A stretch of DNA of 64,000 bases, taken from the IMG/VR virus record IMGVR_UViG_3300043411_001575, positions 32,001-96,000 of that record; one strand, 5' to 3'. The position numbers and the translations under genes are program-made. This document shows, piece by piece, positions 47,320-56,903 of this stretch (position 1 is the stretch's first letter; the number at the start of each line of letters is the position of its first letter). Below the pieces are notes generated by a model. It searched no databases. It was not told the origin of the DNA and worked only from the letters and a program-made list of their open reading frames with translations. This DNA comes from a virus.

Positions 47320-48067
47320 GGCAAGATTTAGTAAAGATATTTTGCCGATAATATTAAAAGATAGAACAGTCGAACAATGGTATGTTGAACCATTTGCAGG
47401 AGGAATGAACGCTATTTGCGAAGTAGGTGGTAATAGACTTGCTAACGATAAAAACTATCACTTAATTGAAATGTGGAAAGGATTAGCAAACGGAATTAAA
47501 TATCCAACGGACATACCAAAAGAATTGTATAACCTTGCAAGAGATGTGTATAATGGCAGAGAAACAAGGTTTGAACATAAAATGAATATGGCTGACGATA
47601 TGGTAGGATGGATTGGTTGGATGGGTTCTGCAAATGGAAGATTTTTTGATGGTGGATATAGTGGGAAATCAAACACAAAAATTGGAACTGTCCGTGATTA
47701 CATTAAGGAAGCAATAAGTAATATTGAAAAGCAATTACCAAAGATGGCAGGTGTTAAATTTGAAAATAAAGATTATACCAAATTGGAAATTCCTAATTGC
47801 AGTATTATTTATTGCGACATTCCATATCAAGGAACAAAACAATATTCAACATCAAAAGATTTTAACCATTCTAATTTTTGGAATTGGTGTAGAGAAAAAG
47901 CAAAGCAAGGACATACGATTTTTGTAAGTGAATACAATGCACCTGATGACTTTGAATGTGTTTGGCAAAAAGAGGCAAAATCTTCTTTATCGGCAAACGG
48001 CAAAATCGGTGGCAATAAGTTGAGCGTGGAAAAACTTTTTAAATTTTCTCCCACAAATGTTCAATAG
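47300..48067 (+). CDS. Dam/D12-class N6-adenine DNA methyltransferase
   Basis: MKYMGSK, YVEPFAGG, AND, YCDIPY, FVSEY. Confidence 0.92.
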   Translation: MKYMGSKARFSKDILPIILKDRTVEQWYVEPFAGGMNAICEVGGNRLANDKNYHLIEMWKGLANGIKYPTDIPKELYNLARDVYNGRETRFEHKMNMADDMVGWIGWMGSANGRFFDGGYSGKSNTKIGTVRDYIKEAISNIEKQLPKMAGVKFENKDYTKLEIPNCSIIYCDIPYQGTKQYSTSKDFNHSNFWNWCREKAKQGHTIFVSEYNAPDDFECVWQKEAKSSLSANGKIGGNKLSVEKLFKFSPTNVQ

Positions 48068-48088
48068 TAGCACTATCGTAGCACTTGC

Positions 48089-48154
48089 AGGTAACAGACA
48101 AGGCTATATTCTCGTGCCGTTTTTCACGGCATGGAATTATAGCCGATGTTATGC
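48089..48154 (+). repeat. attC-like hairpin 3 (same stem as hairpin 16)
   Basis: GGCTATATTCTCGTGCCG/CGGCATGGAATTATAGCC. Confidence 0.85.
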
Positions 48155-48233
48155 AAGTGGGTTGGGTTGTGGGTGGCTCGTTTCAAAACTCTTTTTCTTA
48201 TTTTTTTAGGGAGGGATTTTTTATTTTCTTTTT

Positions 48234-48266
48234 TACTTGCCAATTGACAATTTATGTTTATCTTTG
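48234..48266 (+). promoter_or_regulatory. cassette promoter/operator, repeated at 51771, 56831, 61529, 62489
   Basis: TACTTGCYAATTGACAATTTATGTTTATCTTTG: TTG -33 and TATCTTTG -7 around a near-palindrome. Confidence 0.85.
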
Positions 48267-48308
48267 TAGCAGATAATTTAATACTAACAATTTAAAAACA
48301 AAAACAAA

Positions 48309-48524
48309 ATGAGCAAAATCACAGACTTTTGGGTGGTTACTAAACCAACGAAAAATTCAACATTGGCAGATATTCTGTTTAGTGCAGATATGAAACGAAT
48401 GGAATTGCAGTTCAAAGGAGGATTGACTGGAAAGGAAATTGTTGGAACATTTACCACAAAAGACCAAGCTACAAAGGTTGCTAAAATGGCACTTTTAAAA
48501 GCTGGTGCAAATGTAAAATTTTAA
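48309..48524 (+). CDS. cassette hypothetical protein
   Basis: First ORF after cassette promoter. Confidence 0.75.
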   Translation: MSKITDFWVVTKPTKNSTLADILFSADMKRMELQFKGGLTGKEIVGTFTTKDQATKVAKMALLKAGANVKF

Positions 48525-48542
48525 CATCTAAAACGAAACAAA

Positions 48543-48734
48543 ATGGGAATTTCAAAAACACTTGACCAAAGCAGAACCATTGTTTACGAAAACAAACTCG
48601 TTACTTGGGTTGATTGGGCATCTAAGGATGTTCACAAAGGAACAATTAAAATAAAAATACTCGGCAGGAAAACTTACATAACTGTTGATTACAACGACTT
48701 GAAAAATGTAAGTGTTACTAAAATTAAAAAATAA
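48543..48734 (+). CDS. cassette hypothetical protein
   Basis: ORF with A-rich leader. Confidence 0.7.
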   Translation: MGISKTLDQSRTIVYENKLVTWVDWASKDVHKGTIKIKILGRKTYITVDYNDLKNVSVTKIKK

Positions 48735-48739
48735 AAACT

Positions 48740-48907
48740 ATGGCAACTAAACCTAAAGCACCGTTTCAGGTAGGCGGTTACAAAGTAAAATGGTCTACAT
48801 CAAATAAAACTTGGCAGATTTGGAAAGGCAGTAAATTGATTGACGATTTTACAACTAAAGAAAGTGCAAGAACAAAAGCCGAAAGACTAACAAGAGGCTC
48901 TTACTAA
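48740..48907 (+). CDS. cassette hypothetical protein (55 aa, below ORF-track cutoff)
   Basis: MATKPKAPFQ...RLTRGSY. Confidence 0.7.
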   Translation: MATKPKAPFQVGGYKVKWSTSNKTWQIWKGSKLIDDFTTKESARTKAERLTRGSY

Positions 48908-48917
48908 AAACAAAACA

Positions 48918-49070
48918 ATGAAACTATCTGTAACAGAATATGCAAAACAGCTTGGTGTAACTCGTCAGGCTGTTTTGTTACAGATTAAAGAAAAAAGGCT
49001 ACCAAAAAATGTTATAGTTGAAAAAATTGGTAATACTTATCTCTTATCTGTGCGTGGGCAAAAAAAATAA
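48918..49070 (+). CDS. small HTH DNA-binding protein, copy 1
   Basis: MKLSVTEYAKQLGVTRQAVLLQIKEKRLP. Confidence 0.85.
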   Translation: MKLSVTEYAKQLGVTRQAVLLQIKEKRLPKNVIVEKIGNTYLLSVRGQKK

Positions 49071-49091
49071 GAAAAAGAGTTTTGAAATGTT

Positions 49092-49213
49092 GCATAACGT
49101 TATCTCGCTTGGCGAGGTTTGGGGTTGAAACCCTATAATTTCTAATTTAAAACAAAATATAATGAACACCGATATAAACGAAAATCCCAAATCTTGCCAA
49201 ACGAGTGTTATGG
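49092..49213 (+). repeat. attC-like hairpin 4 (contains MTase start)
   Basis: CTCGCTTGGCGAGGTTTGGG/CCCAAATCTTGCCAAACGAG. Confidence 0.85.
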
Positions 49214-49998
49214 TTAGTGCGGATTTGATTAACAAAATTCATAATGAAAACTGCCTTGAAACAATGGCGAAAATGCCTGATAATTTTATTGATTTAACTG
49301 TTACCTCACCGCCTTATGATGGATTAAGAACGTACAACGGTTATAGTTTTGATTTTGAAAGTGTCGCAAAAGAATTATACCGAGTTACTAAAGAGGGTGG
49401 TGTTGTAGTGTGGGTTGTGGGCGATGCAACAGTAAAAGGCAGTGAAAGTTTAACATCATTTAAACAAGCTATTTATTTCAAAGATATTGGGTTTTCTGTA
49501 GAAACTATGATTTATGAAAAGGCGCAATCTTGCTTTGGTAGTAACACCTATTATTTGCAGGCGTTTGAATATATGTTTGTTTTAACTAAAGGCACTAAAC
49601 CAAAAGCAATTAATCATTTACGTGACCGCAGAAATGAGCGTAGTGGCGTTGAGAGTATGGGAAAAGGAGGCTTAAATAAAAACGGCACTAAAACAGACAG
49701 GCATAAAAAAGAAATGCTCGAATATGGTAAGCGAAAAAATATATGGAAATACGGAGTGGGTGGAGGCAAGACGGGACATCCTGCGGTATTTCCTGAACAG
49801 CTCGCAAACGACCATATAATTTCGTGGAGCAATGAAAACGATATTGTTTACGATTGCTTTAGCGGAAGCGGAACAACTGCTAAAATGAGTATAATTAATA
49901 GCAGGCGATGGATAGCGTCTGAAATGAGTGCTGAATATTGCGATATTATAAAAGAACGTATTAAAGTAGATAAAGGTCTTTTTGAAAACGTATCGTAG
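49162..49998 (+). CDS. N4-cytosine/N6 DNA methyltransferase
   Basis: TSPPY, HPAVFP, YDCFSGSGTT. Confidence 0.92.
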   Translation: MNTDINENPKSCQTSVMVSADLINKIHNENCLETMAKMPDNFIDLTVTSPPYDGLRTYNGYSFDFESVAKELYRVTKEGGVVVWVVGDATVKGSESLTSFKQAIYFKDIGFSVETMIYEKAQSCFGSNTYYLQAFEYMFVLTKGTKPKAINHLRDRRNERSGVESMGKGGLNKNGTKTDRHKKEMLEYGKRKNIWKYGVGGGKTGHPAVFPEQLANDHIISWSNENDIVYDCFSGSGTTAKMSIINSRRWIASEMSAEYCDIIKERIKVDKGLFENVS

Positions 49999-50004
49999 CA
50001 TTAA

Positions 50005-50099
50005 CCATAACGGATGGTGCTATGAGCAGGTTTGCCTTGTAGAAATGTTCAAGTTACCGAAAATGTTATTGGCAAACTTGCTTATAGCACGTGTTATAC
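50005..50099 (+). repeat. attC-like hairpin 5
   Basis: GTGCTATGAGCAGGTTTGCC/GGCAAACTTGCTTATAGCAC. Confidence 0.85.
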
Positions 50100-50156
50100 G
50101 CTGGCACGGTAAATTCAGCAGAAACTTAATTTGAAAAACTAAAAGAAAAAATAAAA

Positions 50157-50735
50157 ATGAGCAAAGGAGATTTTACAACATTAGGAGCATCAGCACACTC
50201 AAAAGAAGAGCGTGAAGAAAATGACTTTTATGCAACAGACCCAAAAGCATTAGAGATATTCCTTGAACAAACAGGGATTGAATTGCGAAACGTATGGGAA
50301 TGTGCTTGTGGAGAAGGGCATTTGGCAAAAGTATTAGATGCAAGAGGATTGCTTGGAAGAGCAAGTGATTTGATTGATAGAGGTTATGGAATAACGGAGA
50401 GTAATTTCTACTACTTTTCTGAAATATGGGAAGGAGATATATTAACAAATCCACCATACGGAGATGCTATGAAATTTTGCCAACACGCTCTTGATTGTGT
50501 GGATGAAGGAAGTAAAGTAGTGATGCTTATGCGTATTCAATTCTTAGAAGGGCAAAGACGTAAACCTTTTCTTTTGAAAAACCCGCCAAAGTATGTTTAT
50601 GTTAGCAGTAGCCGATTGTTACTCGCTAAAAACGCAGACTTTGTAAAGTACAACACACCTTCCGCTAATTGCTATGCGTGGTATGTTTGGGAAAAAGGAT
50701 TTAAAGGCGAAACTACTTTACGTTGGTTTAATTAA
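50157..50735 (+). CDS. compact N6-adenine DNA methyltransferase
   Basis: DFYATDP, WECACGEG, ILTNPPY, YAWYVW. Confidence 0.9.
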   Translation: MSKGDFTTLGASAHSKEEREENDFYATDPKALEIFLEQTGIELRNVWECACGEGHLAKVLDARGLLGRASDLIDRGYGITESNFYYFSEIWEGDILTNPPYGDAMKFCQHALDCVDEGSKVVMLMRIQFLEGQRRKPFLLKNPPKYVYVSSSRLLLAKNADFVKYNTPSANCYAWYVWEKGFKGETTLRWFN

Positions 50736-50804
50736 AAAGTGCGTGGGAAGATTTTTATTTTTTCTCTCACAAATGTTGAATCGAAGAACGAATGTAGTGC
50801 TTGC

Positions 50805-50937
50805 GTATAACGGCATCGGGCTTTGTGTCCGTTGGCGACTTAACCCACCAATGTTAAATTAAAAAACGAAACTTGATATGAGTACAAATGATGAATTGAA
50901 AAACGAAACCGCCAATGGCACAAAACCCGTGTTATCG
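50805..50937 (+). repeat. attC-like hairpin 6 (contains ORF start)
   Basis: CGGGCTTTGTGTCCGTTGGCG/CGCCAATGGCACAAAACCCG. Confidence 0.85.
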
Positions 50938-51150
50938 GCTGGTTGGATTTCTGTAAAAGAGCAATTACCTGAATATTGGAGTCAACACCGAAATGATTAT
51001 GGAAGTGGTTACGTTCTTGGTTATACTAAATATGGTGAATGGGAAATAACTCAACTTTGGAATAATAAAGATTGGGAAGGTGATGATGACAATGAAGGTG
51101 ATTATATTACTCATTGGATGCCGTTGACCGTTCCACCAACTTGCCGATAA
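50878..51150 (+). CDS. DUF551 family protein
   Basis: WISVKEQLP...ITHWMPL..PP. Confidence 0.85.
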   Translation: MSTNDELKNETANGTKPVLSAGWISVKEQLPEYWSQHRNDYGSGYVLGYTKYGEWEITQLWNNKDWEGDDDNEGDYITHWMPLTVPPTCR

Positions 51151-51280
51151 CGTATCGTGGCTTTGTTGTCGTTGTGGCTATTTAAGACCAAACTTAACAA
51201 ATAATAACTAAAAATTAAATTTATGACTGAACTTTCAAAAAATGCCCAAGTGCCACAATGCGACAAAACCGCTGTTAGTG
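51145..51280 (+). repeat. attC-like hairpin 7 (contains ORF start)
   Basis: GGCTTTGTTGTCGTTGTGGC/GCCACAATGCGACAAAACC. Confidence 0.85.
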
Positions 51281-51621
51281 GCTGTGTTTTAGGATTACCT
51301 GAAATTGGAAAAACATATAATTGCTTTGATGATGGGAAAATAAGTAAAAGTAGAATGTATCAAGTTACAATAAGTGAAATAATCCCATTTGAAAAAGCCG
51401 ATAATGAATTGTTAGAATTATGGGAAGAAGAAGGATTACCGAGTTATTGGTTGTTTGAAAAAACAGATTATTTCATAAAATTTAAAAGTACAGAATTTAA
51501 AGACGAACCAAACGGAGTTTTTGCAAGAACTAAAAACGGTGGTTGGTTTGGTTTAGGGAACTATTGGAATAGTGGTAGATTAGATGTTGACGGCTCTTTA
51601 ACGCAAAGCTTGTCAACATAG
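51223..51621 (+). CDS. cassette hypothetical protein
   Basis: ORF crossing GTT junction at 51274. Confidence 0.75.
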   Translation: MTELSKNAQVPQCDKTAVSGCVLGLPEIGKTYNCFDDGKISKSRMYQVTISEIIPFEKADNELLELWEEEGLPSYWLFEKTDYFIKFKSTEFKDEPNGVFARTKNGGWFGLGNYWNSGRLDVDGSLTQSLST

Positions 51622-51622
51622 C

Positions 51623-51685
51623 CACTAACGGCATCCGTATAAGGGAAGTGCGAGGAACGAGCATTTACTTTATACGGTGTTAGCA
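51623..51685 (+). repeat. attC-like hairpin 8
   Basis: CCGTATAAGG/TTTATACGG. Confidence 0.8.
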
Positions 51686-51850
51686 AAGTGCGTTGGGCTG
51701 TGTGTTGGCTCGTTCCAAAACCATTTATTTTCTTTTTTTTGGGGAGGTTTTGAAAACTTTTTTACTAAAATACTTGCTAAATGACAATTTATATTTATCT
51801 TTGAACCATATTAACAATTAAAAAATAAAAACAATTAAAAAATAAAAACA

Positions 51851-52036
51851 ATGACAAAATTCGGAACAACAACTTGCCAATTTTACAACGGAACAGATTC
51901 AGTAACCGTAAATTCATCACTATTCAGAACCATTAGAGGTTGGGCTTCTACTGGTATTCCAAAAGATGCTATTAAAGGGGGAAGAAAGGTTTACGTTGCT
52001 AAAACAACTCTTGAACGCATTAAAAAAATTGCTTAA
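51851..52036 (+). CDS. cassette hypothetical protein
   Basis: ORF after cassette promoter 51771. Confidence 0.7.
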   Translation: MTKFGTTTCQFYNGTDSVTVNSSLFRTIRGWASTGIPKDAIKGGRKVYVAKTTLERIKKIA

Positions 52037-52221
52037 TGAGAATTTCTGTAACTGATTATGCAAAACAGCTTGGTGTAACTCGTCAAGCTGTTTTGTTACA
52101 GATTAAAGAAAAAAGGTTGCCTAATAATGTTAAGTCTGAAAAAATTGGCAACACTTACTCTTTAACTGTGGGTGGGCAAAAAAAGAATAAAAATGCTTCC
52201 AATAAACTACAATCGAAGTAG
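52036..52221 (+). CDS. small HTH DNA-binding protein, copy 2
   Basis: SVTDYAKQLGVTRQAV. Confidence 0.85.
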   Translation: MRISVTDYAKQLGVTRQAVLLQIKEKRLPNNVKSEKIGNTYSLTVGGQKKNKNASNKLQSK

Positions 52222-52236
52222 TATCGTAGCAATGGG

Positions 52237-52362
52237 GCATAACGGTTTCGGGCTTGGCGAAGTGGCTGAACTCGAAGCTAAATAGGATTACTAAACTTTA
52301 AAATTAAAAACGAATGTTAGATAGAATTACTGAACAGCCATTTTGCCAAACCCGTGTTATGT
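52237..52362 (+). repeat. attC-like hairpin 9 (near-identical to 12; contains MTase start)
   Basis: GGGCTTGGCGAAGTGGCTG/CAGCCATTTTGCCAAACCC. Confidence 0.85.
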
Positions 52363-53135
52363 GCAGGGCGGTTGATAATCTTGAACTCCTTTTGTCGCAG
52401 CCTGATGAAAGTGTAGATTTGATTTATTGCGATATACTTTACGGAACAGGTAGAAATTTCAGTGAATATCAGGACTTGAAACCAATTAGAAGTGAGATTG
52501 AAAGCCACTACCTACCACGTTTTATCGAAATGAAACGAGTCTTAAAACAAAGCGGCACTATATACATTCATACGGGAGTAAACACTTCCCATTGGATTAG
52601 AAGTTTAATGGATGATGTTTTTGGGTATAATAATTTTCAAAATGAAATTATATGGTACTACAAAAATTCCGCATTGAAAGCTAAGTCAAATAAATTTAGG
52701 CAGAATACAGATACTATACTTTACTATGTAAAAGAAAAGGGTAAACATATTTGGAATGATGTTTACGAAAAGTGTAAACCTTATAAAAACTCAAAGCATA
52801 AATTTAATCCAATAACAAAAAAAGCTGAAAGGCAGAGAAATGAAAGTGGTAGAATTGAATACTTTATGGTAGATGAAAGGAAGTGCGATAACCTAATTCA
52901 GATAAATGCTTTAAATAGTAGTGAAAAGGTTGGTTACCCTACTCAAAAACCAAAGGAACTAATAAGCCGTTTTGTTTTAGCTTCTACGAATGAAGGGGAT
53001 GTAGTGGCTGATTATTATTTAGGTAGTGGCACAACCGCAGTAGTTTGTAAAGAACTAAACCGAAATTTTATAGGTTGCGACATTAATCCAAAGGCTATTG
53101 AAATAACAAATGCTCGTTTAGATGCAGTTTCGTAG
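52314..53135 (+). CDS. N6/N4 DNA methyltransferase (atypical DILY motif IV)
   Basis: VDLIYCDILY, FQNEIIW, YPTQKP, DYYLGSGTT. Confidence 0.88.
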   Translation: MLDRITEQPFCQTRVMCRAVDNLELLLSQPDESVDLIYCDILYGTGRNFSEYQDLKPIRSEIESHYLPRFIEMKRVLKQSGTIYIHTGVNTSHWIRSLMDDVFGYNNFQNEIIWYYKNSALKAKSNKFRQNTDTILYYVKEKGKHIWNDVYEKCKPYKNSKHKFNPITKKAERQRNESGRIEYFMVDERKCDNLIQINALNSSEKVGYPTQKPKELISRFVLASTNEGDVVADYYLGSGTTAVVCKELNRNFIGCDINPKAIEITNARLDAVS

Positions 53136-53141
53136 CCTTGC

Positions 53142-53272
53142 GCATAACGGTCGAGTATTGGCGAAGAAGCGGATTTATACCACCAAAGCCGATACGAAGC
53201 ACTACACTTGATTGACCTACAAATGTTCATACGAAGCACCGAAACCGCTTTTTTGCCAATACTTTGTTAGTG
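53142..53272 (+). repeat. attC-like hairpin 10
   Basis: AGTATTGGCGAAGAAGCGG/CCGCTTTTTTGCCAATACT. Confidence 0.85.
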
Positions 53273-53412
53273 GCTGATGCGGATTTTTAGCACTCATTTT
53301 TAGTCAGTTAGAAAATATTTTGAAAATAGTTGAAAATAAATTTGGTTTGTATTGTTTTTGTATATACATTTGCATTACAATAATTAAGTAAAACAATTTA
53401 AAAACAAACAAA

Positions 53413-53820
53413 ATGGAAAAGCAAGTAAAAACAAACACATTGATAGCTGAATTTATGGGCTATGAAACTATCCCTTATAATGGAAACAAAAATGTTCCAA
53501 TTTATAATGGCAATAAGTATGCTAAAACAGTAGGTGAACAAAAAGCCTTATGGGGTGGATTAGATTTACAATTCACTGGAAGGTTTACGGAAAGAGTAAA
53601 CTACCCATTTGATACAGACTTTAATTATTTAATACCTGTTATTAAAAGAATAGAAGAGCAAGGGTATGTAGTAGCTATTAAAGGTATAAGCTACCAAGTT
53701 TATAAAGTTATGGATGAACAAAACCCTATTATAAGTTTAGTTTGTGGGGATTTATCTAAAAAAACAGAAATGACTTGTGATTTAGTTACATCGTTTATTG
53801 AACAACTTAATAATAACTAA
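53413..53820 (+). CDS. cassette hypothetical phage protein
   Basis: NTLIAEFMG...L.PV..RIE; own TACATTTG promoter. Confidence 0.75.
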   Translation: MEKQVKTNTLIAEFMGYETIPYNGNKNVPIYNGNKYAKTVGEQKALWGGLDLQFTGRFTERVNYPFDTDFNYLIPVIKRIEEQGYVVAIKGISYQVYKVMDEQNPIISLVCGDLSKKTEMTCDLVTSFIEQLNNN

Positions 53821-53822
53821 TT

Positions 53823-54038
53823 ATGACTATCAAAAAATTTGACTACTCGAAAAGCACGGAGGATATATTTTACAAAATAATTTATCCTATTTATGCAAAG
53901 GAATTTTTATATGGCAATAGCTATGAAAACTTTGCTTTTACTGTATCAGCCAACTTTATATTAAACGCTCCGCAATGGGAATACATTTTGGAACATTGGG
54001 AACAAAAGGAAAGCATTTTAACATACGAAACCAAGTAA
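53823..54038 (+). CDS. cassette hypothetical protein
   Basis: ORF in cassette 53266-54226. Confidence 0.65.
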   Translation: MTIKKFDYSKSTEDIFYKIIYPIYAKEFLYGNSYENFAFTVSANFILNAPQWEYILEHWEQKESILTYETK

Positions 54039-54039
54039 T

Positions 54040-54207
54040 ATGGAAAAGAAAAAACGAGATATAAGCCTACCTAAAAGGTTTAATTCAGAAGATGTAAAGA
54101 AGTGGCAAGAACAAGCCAATTTAACAACTGGTGGTAATCTTACCCTATGGATGGAAAACGCTTTAAATAACGCTGTAAAGAAGCAGAATGTCAAATCGAA
54201 GCAGTAA
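54040..54207 (+). CDS. small ribbon-helix-helix-like protein (55 aa)
   Basis: RF.SED..KW.EQA....GGNLT.WMENALN; last gene of a promoter-bearing cassette. Confidence 0.6.
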   Translation: MEKKKRDISLPKRFNSEDVKKWQEQANLTTGGNLTLWMENALNNAVKKQNVKSKQ

Positions 54208-54219
54208 TGTAGCATTTGC

Positions 54220-54313
54220 CACTAACGGTTTGGTGTATGAGAAGGTTTGCTTAACTGAACTTTCAAATTACCACTAAACTTTATAACAAACTTTCTTATA
54301 CACCTTGTTATAC
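54220..54313 (+). repeat. attC-like hairpin 11
   Basis: GGTGTATGAGAAGGTTTG/CAAACTTTCTTATACACC. Confidence 0.85.
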
Positions 54314-54422
54314 ACAGTACGGTTTATTAAGGTAAAATGTTAATACGAAGAACAGATAAAAACTTTTTAAAAATGTGCGATGGAAAAATTAATTTCAAAT
54401 ATTTATATATAAAGATAAAACT

Positions 54423-54728
54423 ATGAGCAAAGAAATGAGAAAATACATAGACACATTCAAAGGTAGAATGTTAAAAGAAAATGTTGAAGTTAATCAACAG
54501 AAATCAATTCAACATATCATCAATAATGAAATAGTTGATAGATTTGATACTGGCAATGTTTCAATTACAACTGCTATTGAAGCAGTTAAAATAGCATATC
54601 AAGAAATTATTGATATGATTGAATTGAACTTTGAAACTGCTGGTGAATTAGGTGGTGGAATAACAGAAGCACAATCTATAATTAACAGAATTGAAGAATT
54701 TAAAAAAAGAGCGAAGGAGAATTTTTAA
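54423..54728 (+). CDS. cassette hypothetical protein
   Basis: ORF in cassette 54307-54781. Confidence 0.75.
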   Translation: MSKEMRKYIDTFKGRMLKENVEVNQQKSIQHIINNEIVDRFDTGNVSITTAIEAVKIAYQEIIDMIELNFETAGELGGGITEAQSIINRIEEFKKRAKENF

Positions 54729-54774
54729 AAGGTTTTTACACAGAACTATGATTGAAACATGAATGTAGTATTGT

Positions 54775-54900
54775 GTATAACGGTTTTGGGCTTGGCGAAG
54801 TGGCTGAACCCGATGCTAAATAGAATTACTAAACTTTAAAATTAAAAACGAATGATTGATAGAATTACCGAACAGCCATTTTGCCAAACCCGTGTTAGTG
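54775..54900 (+). repeat. attC-like hairpin 12 (contains MTase start)
   Basis: Same stem and loop as hairpin 9. Confidence 0.85.
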
Positions 54901-55619
54901 GCAGTACTTTTGTGAACGCTGATTGCTTTGATGTTTTTCCTTTTATTGAGGATAAATCAATAGATGCTATTATTTGCGACCTGCCTTATGGAACGACTAT
55001 TTTGAATTGGGATAAAATTTTACCTATTACAGAATTATGGAAACATTATAATCGTATTTTAAAAGATAATGGAGTGGTAGTTTTGTTTGGTGCTGAACCA
55101 TTTTCGACTATGTTAAGAAGTAGTAATATTTTGAATTATAAATATGATTGGATTTGGCAAAAAACAAGACCTTCATTATTCCAACACGCAAACAAAAGAC
55201 CAATGAAAGACCACGAAAATATTATGGTATTTTATAAAAAGCAGCCGACTTACAACCAAGAACTAAAAGAACTTGAAAAGCCAAATAAAAGATGGCGAAA
55301 AAATAAAATGGGTGCTTTTTTAGAAAATGGTTGCAATGATATTGAAAGCAAACAAACCAAGACAGGATTTAATAGGCAAATTTTAACCTATGCAATGCAC
55401 AATGTAGGAATGGAACATAAAACACAAAAGCCGATTGAACTTTTGGAATACCTTGTAAAAACATACACCAACGAAAACGATATGGTTTTAGACAATACAA
55501 TGGGTTCTGGAACAACAAATTTGGCTTGTATCAAATTAAATCGCAAGTCAATAGGAATAGAAAAGGAAAAACAATATTACGATGTCGCTGTTCGGCGTGC
55601 TTTGGAGTATTGCCACTAA
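54852..55619 (+). CDS. N6/N4 DNA methyltransferase, paralog of 45818
   Basis: DLPYG, HKTQKP, VLDNTMGSGTT; ends nearly identical to 45818. Confidence 0.92.
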   Translation: MIDRITEQPFCQTRVSGSTFVNADCFDVFPFIEDKSIDAIICDLPYGTTILNWDKILPITELWKHYNRILKDNGVVVLFGAEPFSTMLRSSNILNYKYDWIWQKTRPSLFQHANKRPMKDHENIMVFYKKQPTYNQELKELEKPNKRWRKNKMGAFLENGCNDIESKQTKTGFNRQILTYAMHNVGMEHKTQKPIELLEYLVKTYTNENDMVLDNTMGSGTTNLACIKLNRKSIGIEKEKQYYDVAVRRALEYCH

Positions 55620-56005
55620 CGGTGTGGGCTATGAGAAGTAAAACCCCTTTTTGTGCGGTGGATTTTGTAAATTTGTAATTATTAACTAAAACCTTTCGGA
55701 GTATAGGCAACCGAGTAAATGTTATGGCAAAAAAATATCTTATCAAATCGTGGAAAACAAATTCTGCATTTACAAAAACAGGAAAGTTTTATCAAAAACC
55801 ATTGGAAACAGATAGTAAATCAGAAGCTAATGAAATAGCCAAAGATTTGATTAAAAAACACAAAGTATATGCTGTTGAAATAGCAGTTTTTGATGAAAAA
55901 GCTAATGGATATACAAGAGCCGAATTGATTGGCAACTTTCCAAACAAAAAGTAGTTTTTACAGGTGCTGTGGCAGGGGTTTTATTTCTTATAGCCCCTGT
56001 TATGG
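55614..56005 (+). repeat. attC-like hairpin 13 with a gene in its loop
   Basis: GGGCTATGAGAAGTAAAACCCC...GGGGTTTTATTTCTTATAGCCC. Confidence 0.8.
55724..55954 (+). CDS. hypothetical protein nested in attC-like loop
   Basis: ORF with TAAATTTG promoter-like box upstream. Confidence 0.75.
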   Translation: MAKKYLIKSWKTNSAFTKTGKFYQKPLETDSKSEANEIAKDLIKKHKVYAVEIAVFDEKANGYTRAELIGNFPNKK

Positions 56006-56020
56006 CATCGTTTTAATGTG

Positions 56021-56116
56021 CCATAACGGCTCTAATAAACACAGTGCAGCGACCTACTGCACTTTAATAGCAGACGAAACGCCAACTCGCTGCATTGGGT
56101 TTATTTATTGTTGGCA
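56021..56116 (+). repeat. attC-like hairpin 14
   Basis: ATAAACACAGTGCAGCGA/TCGCTGCATTGGGTTTAT. Confidence 0.8.
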
Positions 56117-56129
56117 AATTCGTTCATAA

Positions 56130-56312
56130 ATGGAATTAACAGTAAAACAGATTCAAGAAAAGCAAAAGCAGCTTAAACGAGAGCTGCGTGACAAACTCAA
56201 CCAATTTGAGCAAGAAACAGGATTGAAAGTAACGGGCGAAATTCATTATGGATATACAGAAGAAAAAGACCAACATTGGTTGAGTTTAAAGTACTCGAAC
56301 CCATTTATGTAA
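56130..56312 (+). CDS. cassette hypothetical protein
   Basis: Flanked by GTTGGCAAA/TTTGCCAAC. Confidence 0.75.
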   Translation: MELTVKQIQEKQKQLKRELRDKLNQFEQETGLKVTGEIHYGYTEEKDQHWLSLKYSNPFM

Positions 56313-56316
56313 TGTT

Positions 56317-56449
56317 TGCCAACGGTTGAGGCTAACCGCACGTAGCGGAATTTGAAACACTTAATTATCAAAATATGACAGACTTAAATACAAGCACCGA
56401 AGTAACGCAACCCACTGAACCCGCTATTGCGGTTGAGCCTGTGTTAGCA
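56317..56449 (+). repeat. attC-like hairpin 15 (contains ORF start)
   Basis: AGGCTAACCGCACGTAGCGG/CCGCTATTGCGGTTGAGCCT. Confidence 0.85.
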
Positions 56450-56677
56450 CCAGTATTTGTTTATGAATTTCTTTATAATTCTGATTGTTGCGAAGGTGCA
56501 GCATCAACTGTAAGCATTCACAAAACAAAGAAAGGTGCTGAAATGGCAATGGAGTTTCATAAAAACGAAAAACTAAAAGAGTGGGAAAAAGAATGCAAAG
56601 AATATCCACCTACAAAAGAATATCCGTTTGATTTTGACCAATGGTGGGGAGTTCGTGAATGCGAGTTGCTTCCTTAA
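56375..56677 (+). CDS. cassette hypothetical protein
   Basis: ORF crossing GTT junction at 56443. Confidence 0.75.
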   Translation: MTDLNTSTEVTQPTEPAIAVEPVLAPVFVYEFLYNSDCCEGAASTVSIHKTKKGAEMAMEFHKNEKLKEWEKECKEYPPTKEYPFDFDQWWGVRECELLP

Positions 56678-56683
56678 TATTGG

Positions 56684-56749
56684 TGCTAACGTTTACGGCT
56701 ATATTCTCGTGCCGTTTTTCACGGCATGGAATTATAGCCGATGTTATGC
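56684..56749 (+). repeat. attC-like hairpin 16
   Basis: Identical stem to hairpin 3. Confidence 0.85.
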
Positions 56750-56903
56750 AAGTGCGTTGGCTTGTGGGTGGCACGTTTCAAAACTCTTTTTCTTATTTTT
56801 TTTAGAGAGGGATTTTTTTATTTTCTTTATTACTTGCTAATTGACAATTTATGTTTATCTTTGTAGCAGATAATTAATACTAACAATTTAAAATCAAAAC
56901 AAA

